A DNA stretch of 22,899 nt. Origin: an uncultured Deferribacteres bacterium (GTDB taxonomy: Bacteria > Zhuqueibacterota > Zhuqueibacteria > Zhuqueibacterales > Geothermadaptataceae). Where the stretch lies: assembly GCA_964014485.1 (NCBI GenBank), contig CAXHAT010000134.1:1-22899 (forward strand), in the 5' to 3' direction. Positions 17,241 to 22,899 of the stretch are shown piece after piece (position 1 is the first letter of the stretch; every line of letters begins with the position of its first letter). Position numbers and translations under genes: made by a program. The notes beneath the pieces were generated by a model. That model did no database searches, was not told the origin of the DNA, and saw only the letters and a program-made list of their open reading frames with translations.

Positions 17241-19292
17241 CTATTTCTCAAACATCCAACTCCAGTAGCGCTCTGCTCGTTCAGCCAAATAAGCCACATC
17301 CTCTTCAAGCACAAATCCTTCCCGGACAAGCTCTTGCGCAGCGGCGCGGACTTTTTCCAAATATTCATTTTTATTAGCATAGAGCGACGCTATCGTCTGA
17401 CGCGGATCATTGGTTCGCGTTTTTTCAGCATCGGCTTTTGGCAGAGGAATGAACGTGCCGCGAAAATCGGTCAATTCATCCTTACCGCCGGGAGTGTCAT
17501 GGCGCAAATTCCATGGCGTGTGCGTCGCCAAAGGAACGCGGACTTCGATGTTGCGGACGCCGGTTTTTTCGTTGCCGAATTTGTCGACTTGCGAAACTTT
17601 CGGGATGAATTTTTTGCCAAGAATCGGCGGCTGATTACCCACGACCCCTGCGAACCAGCGCGCGCCGTAATCCGCACGGTACGCAGTGTGGATTTTTTTG
17701 GGGAAAACGGCGTTTTTGAGCTTTGGGAAATCAACATTTTCAATGTTGACCAGCGTTCCGTCGGCGATTTTAGGGTAAGCGTTTGCCGGGGGCGTTTTCC
17801 CTTCCACCGCCCATTCGGCCAATCGAACGAGCAAGGCGCGATAGTTCACGCTGAAGTCCAGCGGGTTGCCGCGATAGACGTTTTTTTCGTTTCTTGTGCG
17901 TGGAATGCTGCCGACGAAATGCTGCCCGCTGGCGAGCATGTAAATCCGCTCATATTCAGACGGTGCGACGTCCGTTTTGCCATCCGGGGAAAGATGAATC
18001 AACGACGCGGACCTGCCCCAATATTCATAGCCCGAGTTGATGTGAAAAATTTTTGGAACGTGTCCGTCGTTGTGCATGTGCGCCAGCAGGCCGTCCGAAC
18101 GCCAGGTTTCCGAGTCTTGCTGCACCGCGCTGGTGAACGGAAAAATATCGGTCGGGTAGAAAAACGCCGAGTAGCGGTGCGCATCACGCGAGGGCTGGGC
18201 GAAGCGATGGTTGAAGCTGCCGCGCCCGGCTCCGGCTGTGATAATCATCAGGCCGTCGTACGCTTGCCGTGCCGCTTCGTCGGTGTTGAAACCCTGGTAT
18301 AAAAACATGCGCAGAAAACGTCCGGTTTGCGAAACGCCTGCCGCCAGACCGTGTTTTACGGGAAATTCAGAATCCGGATCGTATTTGGCATAAGAAATGA
18401 CGTCGCGAATCGCCGCGAGTCCCAACCCGACCACTGCCGGGTCTTTGGCGCGGTACACCAACTCATAAATCTTGCCCTCCTGGAACCCGCCTTCCAGAAA
18501 AATATGTGTTGAATCCGGCGAAACGTCACCGTCTTGTTCTCTGGCAAAGCGCCATTTTTCGCGTGGAATTGTCTGTCTTGGCGCATCGCGTCCATTGCGA
18601 ACGGTGAGTATATTTTCGGAATCACTCGGATCAAGAACGGGGTACGCGAGATGGTTGCGATGGCTGATGTGCAACGATTTGGCGGGCGCGTCCAGCGTCC
18701 AGTCTGCGCGGACGAGACCGGTGATTGGCGATCCGTCAAGATTTTTAGCGCGCGGTACGTGTAGCCGCAAAACGCCGGGACGTTCGGGCACGTCGTACTG
18801 CCAGCCGATCCAAATAACCGTCATGCCTTGCCGCATCAAAAGAGCGTTGCCGAATGCGCCTTCATCGCCGGGCGCGAGCGTGCGGCTGGTCGCACGATTG
18901 TAGTAGCGCGGCGAAAATTTGCCGCCGCGATTGCTCACTTCGACCAGTGCTACACCCCGTGATTTTTCTCGGTCGACCGGCTGTAAAACAACGAAATTCG
19001 CCCATGACTCGACCATGCCCGATTCATTTCTCGGCGCCAATTGCAAATCGACGATGCGATGATTCATGGGATTCGCAGGATCGGTCTCGAAATAAATCTT
19101 ACCTTCAAGAAGTTCGTAAGCGCCGTACTCGCCAAACGTTTTCCCGTCGAGAATGACATCGCGCTTTTCGATTTCGACGCGCTTGACTTCGGCGGAAACG
19201 GCAAAAGCGCCAAAACAGATTGCAAAAAACCACAAAAAGGGGGAGCGAGTAGATGTAAGTTTACGCTTCGATGAAGATGGATTTTGGGTCAT
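17241..19292 (-). CDS. Secreted alpha/beta-hydrolase-domain protein (Abhydrolase_10-like)
   Basis: Signal peptide (..FGAFAVSA-EV), FGEYGAYE, NRGG, WIGWQ, GLGLAAIRD, nucleophile-like GVSQTGRFLR, EYWGR..SL and HF motifs. GGAG RBS upstream. Confidence 0.8.
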   Translation of the reverse strand: MTQNPSSSKRKLTSTRSPFLWFFAICFGAFAVSAEVKRVEIEKRDVILDGKTFGEYGAYELLEGKIYFETDPANPMNHRIVDLQLAPRNESGMVESWANFVVLQPVDREKSRGVALVEVSNRGGKFSPRYYNRATSRTLAPGDEGAFGNALLMRQGMTVIWIGWQYDVPERPGVLRLHVPRAKNLDGSPITGLVRADWTLDAPAKSLHISHRNHLAYPVLDPSDSENILTVRNGRDAPRQTIPREKWRFAREQDGDVSPDSTHIFLEGGFQEGKIYELVYRAKDPAVVGLGLAAIRDVISYAKYDPDSEFPVKHGLAAGVSQTGRFLRMFLYQGFNTDEAARQAYDGLMIITAGAGRGSFNHRFAQPSRDAHRYSAFFYPTDIFPFTSAVQQDSETWRSDGLLAHMHNDGHVPKIFHINSGYEYWGRSASLIHLSPDGKTDVAPSEYERIYMLASGQHFVGSIPRTRNEKNVYRGNPLDFSVNYRALLVRLAEWAVEGKTPPANAYPKIADGTLVNIENVDFPKLKNAVFPKKIHTAYRADYGARWFAGVVGNQPPILGKKFIPKVSQVDKFGNEKTGVRNIEVRVPLATHTPWNLRHDTPGGKDELTDFRGTFIPLPKADAEKTRTNDPRQTIASLYANKNEYLEKVRAAAQELVREGFVLEEDVAYLAERAERYWSWMFEK

Positions 19293-19365
19293 TTTGAACT
19301 CCAGGAGAGAAGAATAGAGTGGACGGGAAAAACTTTTGCTTCTAAATAACAGGGTTTGCTTGATA

Positions 19366-19719
19366 CTAAAACTTAGTTCTTATTCGAATTTTCTGTTCAG
19401 TAGCGACGACAAAGTTTCCTTGCAATTTATCCCCGCATTTTTCCAGGACTTTCAGAATCATCCTCTTACGATTGGCGATTTGTTCATCTTGAAGGCGAAA
19501 AAGTAATACGCCGGCATGTTCTAAACCTGATCTATGAACCAACTCTCCGAAATCTTTGTCGTTGGTGACGACGATTCGTTTTTGTTGAACAGCTTTTTGA
19601 AGAATATCCGGATCAGCTGCGCCTACTTCCCAATCATGAACATAGATAACATCATGCCCCAAACTTTTTAGGCTTTTAGCTACGCTCTTGCCCGAACTCT
19701 CATCTACAAGAAACTTCAT
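19366..19719 (-). CDS. DUF5615 family PIN-like putative toxin
   Basis: MKFLVDE..., L...GHDV, D.DIL..A..QKRIVVTNDKDFGEL, H.GVLLFRL. Confidence 0.88.
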   Translation of the reverse strand: MKFLVDESSGKSVAKSLKSLGHDVIYVHDWEVGAADPDILQKAVQQKRIVVTNDKDFGELVHRSGLEHAGVLLFRLQDEQIANRKRMILKVLEKCGDKLQGNFVVATEQKIRIRTKF

Positions 19720-19721
19720 GA

Positions 19722-19985
19722 CTATGCTTCTTGTTCGAGCAGCGGAAAAACCTCTTCATTTTCTAAAACAAGAGAGGCGTATGCTAAGGCAGCTTTGAGA
19801 TCAACTTTTGAAAGTCCGGGATATTCATCGATAATTTCATCTTCAGACATGCCTTGAGCAAGCATTTTCAAAACGAGCCTAACTGGAATACGTGTGCCGC
19901 GAATGACAGGTTTTCCCGTCATAATTTTCGGGTTTATTGCGATACGATCCAAAAGTTCATGAAAGTTTCCGTTGTGCCCGTCCAT
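19722..19985 (-). CDS. DUF433 family putative antitoxin
   Basis: RI.INPKIMTGKPVIRGTRIPV..VL.MLAQG...EI...YP.L...D..AAL.YA. It ends 2 bp upstream of the PIN-like gene and has an AGGAG RBS. Confidence 0.9.
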   Translation of the reverse strand: MDGHNGNFHELLDRIAINPKIMTGKPVIRGTRIPVRLVLKMLAQGMSEDEIIDEYPGLSKVDLKAALAYASLVLENEEVFPLLEQEA

Positions 19986-20012
19986 TATTTTTCTCCTGTA
20001 TTGTTCCCCGTC

Positions 20013-20041
20013 ATATTACATTCGAACTGCTATAATTTCAA
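20013..20041 (-). promoter_or_regulatory. Putative sigma70 promoter of the DUF433/DUF5615 operon
   Basis: Minus strand TTGAAA (20041-20036), 17-bp spacer, TAATAT (20018-20013). Confidence 0.5.
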
Positions 20042-20052
20042 GGCAAATTCTA

Positions 20053-21396
20053 TTACATCACAAAAAATGAAAAAATAAAAGCCGTTCCCACCCCGACTAA
20101 CGCAACGATTACCGAAACCATCGTCCATGAGCGCAGGGTGTCCTTTTCCGTGAGGCCGAGATAGCGATTGACGAGCCAAAAACCGGAATCGTTCACATGG
20201 GAAAGAATGGTGGCGCCGCTGGCAATGGCAATGACCATGAGCGCAACCGCAGACGGCGAAAGCGCAAGACGATCGAGAATAGGGGAGAGAACGCCCGCAG
20301 CTGTAATCATAGCGACTGTTGCTGAACCTTGGGCGATGCGAATGACGGCGGCGAGGGCGAAGGCGAGCAGCACCGGGTGGATTGCGGAAGAAGCCATCAA
20401 ATCGGCCAACACGTCGCCAACGCCGGAATCAATCAAAACTTGCTTGAAAACGCCGCCCGCCCCGGTGATGAGAATGACGATGCCTGCCGGCTCAAGCGCT
20501 CGCGTTGTTAGGTCATTGATTTCTTCAAGCGAAACGCCGCGCTTGACGCCAAGCAGAAAAATCGCCGCCAGCGTCGCCAAAGTGAGCGCTACAAACGGGT
20601 GACCGACAAAGCCGAGAACGTTTCTCACAGTGTGTCCCTCCGCGAGCGTTGCGCCTGAAAGCGTGTTGGCGACGATCAAGAAAATCGGCAGCGCGATGAC
20701 GCCGCAGATTGTGCCGAAGCCGGGCATGTTTTCGAAAGAACGCTGCGTTTTATCATCAAAATAATCAGGGATTTTGGCGGGAATGCGTTTGGCGATATAT
20801 CTGCCGAATAACGGCCCGGCCAGAGCGGCGGCAGGCAAACCGCAAAGCACGCCCCAGAAAATGACCCAGCCAAGATCGGCGTTAATCAAATCTGCGACTG
20901 CGATTGGGCCCGGCGTTGGCGGAATGAAAGCGTGGGTTACCGCCATTCCGGCGATTAGCGGAACGCCGTAGTAGAGCAGCGAGCGTCCGGTTTTGCGCGT
21001 CAGGCCATAAAGTACCGGGGCAATGATGATGAAGCCGACGTCAAAGAAAACGGGGATCGAAACGATGAAGCCGGTCAATGTGAGCGCCCATTGTGAATTC
21101 GCTTCGCCGAATTTCGCCAGCAGCGTCTGTGCCAACCTTTCCACGCCGCCGGAAATTTCAAGCAAGCGCCCGAACATCGCGCCAAGTCCGACGACGACCG
21201 CGACAAATCCCAGCGTGCCGCCCATGCCGTTTTGTACGGATTTGATGACGTCGTCCATTGGCATTCCTGCGGCCAGGCCAACGACCAGGCTGACGAGTAA
21301 TAGGGCGATAAACGCTTGCAGTCTTATTTTGATGACCAGGAACAACAGGAGTGAAATGCCAAGGAGAGTTACGAGAATGAGGGATGAGTCGGACAT
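20053..21396 (-). CDS. GntP/GntT/DsdX family gluconate:H+ symporter-like permease
   Basis: Highly hydrophobic. AFIALL, GMGGTLG, GLGAMFG..LEISGG, IPVFFDVGF, HAFIPPTPGP, ITGAGGVFKQVL, RIAQGSATVA, SHVNDSGFW. Start taken at ATG 21396. Substrate not determinable. Confidence 0.92.
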   Translation of the reverse strand: MSDSSLILVTLLGISLLLFLVIKIRLQAFIALLLVSLVVGLAAGMPMDDVIKSVQNGMGGTLGFVAVVVGLGAMFGRLLEISGGVERLAQTLLAKFGEANSQWALTLTGFIVSIPVFFDVGFIIIAPVLYGLTRKTGRSLLYYGVPLIAGMAVTHAFIPPTPGPIAVADLINADLGWVIFWGVLCGLPAAALAGPLFGRYIAKRIPAKIPDYFDDKTQRSFENMPGFGTICGVIALPIFLIVANTLSGATLAEGHTVRNVLGFVGHPFVALTLATLAAIFLLGVKRGVSLEEINDLTTRALEPAGIVILITGAGGVFKQVLIDSGVGDVLADLMASSAIHPVLLAFALAAVIRIAQGSATVAMITAAGVLSPILDRLALSPSAVALMVIAIASGATILSHVNDSGFWLVNRYLGLTEKDTLRSWTMVSVIVALVGVGTAFIFSFFVM

Positions 21397-21826
21397 GGCG
21401 AACCTTGGGTAAATTTCAGAAACTCGTACAGATGCGATCAATGTATCCGGGAAGCGGCGCTGAAGCAATGAAAGTCGTCCTGAACTTTTGCCTTGATTGC
21501 TTGTATCTGTCCCGCAAGGTACAGTTTTGTCAGTCAGTTTGTCCCGTTCGGAGCGCGGAGATTCAAAAACTGCGGGCAAATTTCGATTGCAATCTTGTTA
21601 AATGCCGGAAGCCGTTTTCGTTCTTGGATTTTCTAAAGGCATAATTTTAAAAAGCTTAAGATGAAGTTTAGCGCAGACTTTGTCTCGTTCTCGATCTTTG
21701 TTTCGCTAGGTTTGGCGCAACCGTTCGAATTTTGGTATGGCGCTTGTAGATTGACTTGACAACTAAACGAAATCGATGCTTAAAATCGAAATAGTGAACA
21801 GGAAATCTTTACAAAGGAAAACGATC

Positions 21827-22537
21827 ATGCGTACGACTTCAATTTTGAGAAAGGCTGCTCTCTTCACTTCAGCTTTTGCGCTTTTTGTCGGTTTAAACGG
21901 CTGCCAGACCAGCGCCGGCGTTGATTCTATTTTGGAAGAAGTTGATCTTGACGGAGCGGAATTCGCCGTCTTGGAAATGGACGATGAATTGGCCGCCGTT
22001 GAAGACGCTTCTCTGACAAAATCAATGTCGCTCAACACATCCTCACCGGAAGACTATCAAACGCTCCACGAAAACCGCAAAAAAGACAGAATTAAAAAAC
22101 GCCTGAAGCGCCAGGGCCTGCACCTTGGCCGCATTTTGCGCCAACTGGAATTGACCGAGGAGCAGATGGGGCAGATTAAAGAATTTTTGCGTTCTTTCCG
22201 CGATTGCGTGAAGCCGGAAGTTATCGCGTTTCGTGAAGCCGCCCGCCCGATCATTGAAGAAGCTAACGCGCAAAGACGCGCGATCAAAACGGCGTTTGAA
22301 GAAGGCGAAATTACACGCTCGGAAGCTGAGGAACAGATCAGGGCGCTGAATGAAGCAAAGCGCACACAATTGCGCGAAGCCGCAGAAAGCCTGGGCACGC
22401 CAGAAGCCGTTTGCGCCTGCAAGCAAACTTTGCTTGACAGCATCAGCGGCATTCTCGACGCTGAATCGCAGCAGCCGGCTTTTGACGAATGGGTTGCTGG
22501 TTTGCAAGGGCCATGTTTTACGGACGCTGAGAATTAA
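21827..22537 (+). CDS. Predicted lipoprotein, helical Spy/CpxP-like
   Basis: AAGGA RBS. Signal peptide ending in lipobox LNG-C, LxLTEEQ (LTxxQ) motif, charged helical body. Confidence 0.7.
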   Translation: MRTTSILRKAALFTSAFALFVGLNGCQTSAGVDSILEEVDLDGAEFAVLEMDDELAAVEDASLTKSMSLNTSSPEDYQTLHENRKKDRIKKRLKRQGLHLGRILRQLELTEEQMGQIKEFLRSFRDCVKPEVIAFREAARPIIEEANAQRRAIKTAFEEGEITRSEAEEQIRALNEAKRTQLREAAESLGTPEAVCACKQTLLDSISGILDAESQQPAFDEWVAGLQGPCFTDAEN

Positions 22538-22561
22538 TCACTCCTCTCTCCCCCTGCTCCT

Positions 22562-22597
22562 AAAAGCCCGAAACGCTCTTTTGCGTTTTGGGCTTTT
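22562..22597. terminator. Intrinsic terminator, probably bidirectional
   Basis: Stem AAAAGCCCGAAACGC / GCGTTTTGGGCTTTT just after the lipoprotein stop, with A and T runs at its ends. Confidence 0.8.
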
Positions 22598-22777
22598 GTC
22601 GTTTATGTGCTGGACTTGGGGCAAGCTTTGAAACAATTTTAGCGATGATGGCTTTCTCCTCGTCCGCAAAACACATCCAAACGCGATATTTCGAGATAAA
22701 TTTTTGGGGAAGGTTGCCGGTGAATTCGGAACGGGTTGTCCCAAAATAAATTATTTGAACAGTGTGACAGATCGTGT

Positions 22778-22807
22778 AGTAGGGGTTCAAGATTTTGAAC
22801 CCCTACT
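22778..22807. repeat. GTAG-family REP-like palindrome
   Basis: AGTAGGGGTTCAA-GATT-TTGAACCCCTACT: a 13-bp perfect stem with GTAG...CTAC ends. Confidence 0.75.
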
Positions 22808-22899
22808 CTTTGCAACGCCGAATCGTTACTAACAGTGGGAACAGTGGCTCTTCCGGTAAATGCGTACTTATTACTCTCAGGCTCGTACACAATCTGCTC

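Noticed and set aside
17334..18302. 322-aa plus-strand ORF
   Set aside because: Antisense to the hydrolase gene, no recognisable motifs, and composition typical of a shadow ORF.
21397..21579. 61-codon upstream extension of the GntP ORF
   Set aside because: Hydrophilic and unlike family N-termini. The first TM helix starts right after ATG 21396.
1..22899. CRISPR array, tRNA/rRNA, integrase or transposase
   Set aside because: No regularly spaced direct repeats, cloverleaf or rRNA-like sequence, or recombinase motifs were seen by eye.

Overview
Bacterial chromosomal window, roughly balanced GC by eye. The tilS-hpt-ftsH...folP-cdaA order and alpha2-type GlyRS would fit an FCB-related lineage such as KSB1 or Calditrichaeota, but this is only a guess. 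The left half is mostly housekeeping: glyQS, gltA, a secreted MBL-fold hydrolase, tilS-hpt-ftsH, a membrane-anchored TPR protein, an N-terminally extended folP and the diadenylate cyclase cdaA. Where cdaR/glmM often follow cdaA, there is instead a translationally coupled pair: an orphan, degenerate ParB-family protein and a spore-photoproduct-lyase-like radical SAM protein that appears to lack key SPL radical-relay residues. This pair is the best candidate for an undescribed system. The right half is accessory. It holds brnT/brnA, a TIGR00725/LOG-like gene only 13 bp head-to-head from a TIGR04283-like GT2 followed by an unrecognised 331-aa protein, a secreted alpha/beta-hydrolase-domain protein, a DUF433/DUF5615 TA pair, a GntP-family permease and a Spy/CpxP-like lipoprotein. 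Non-coding structure includes a perfect 54-bp palindrome at the window start, a ~255-bp nested inverted-repeat element after ftsH that shares a repeat arm with it, and a GTAG-type REP near the end. All family assignments come from motif recognition by eye; no searches were run.
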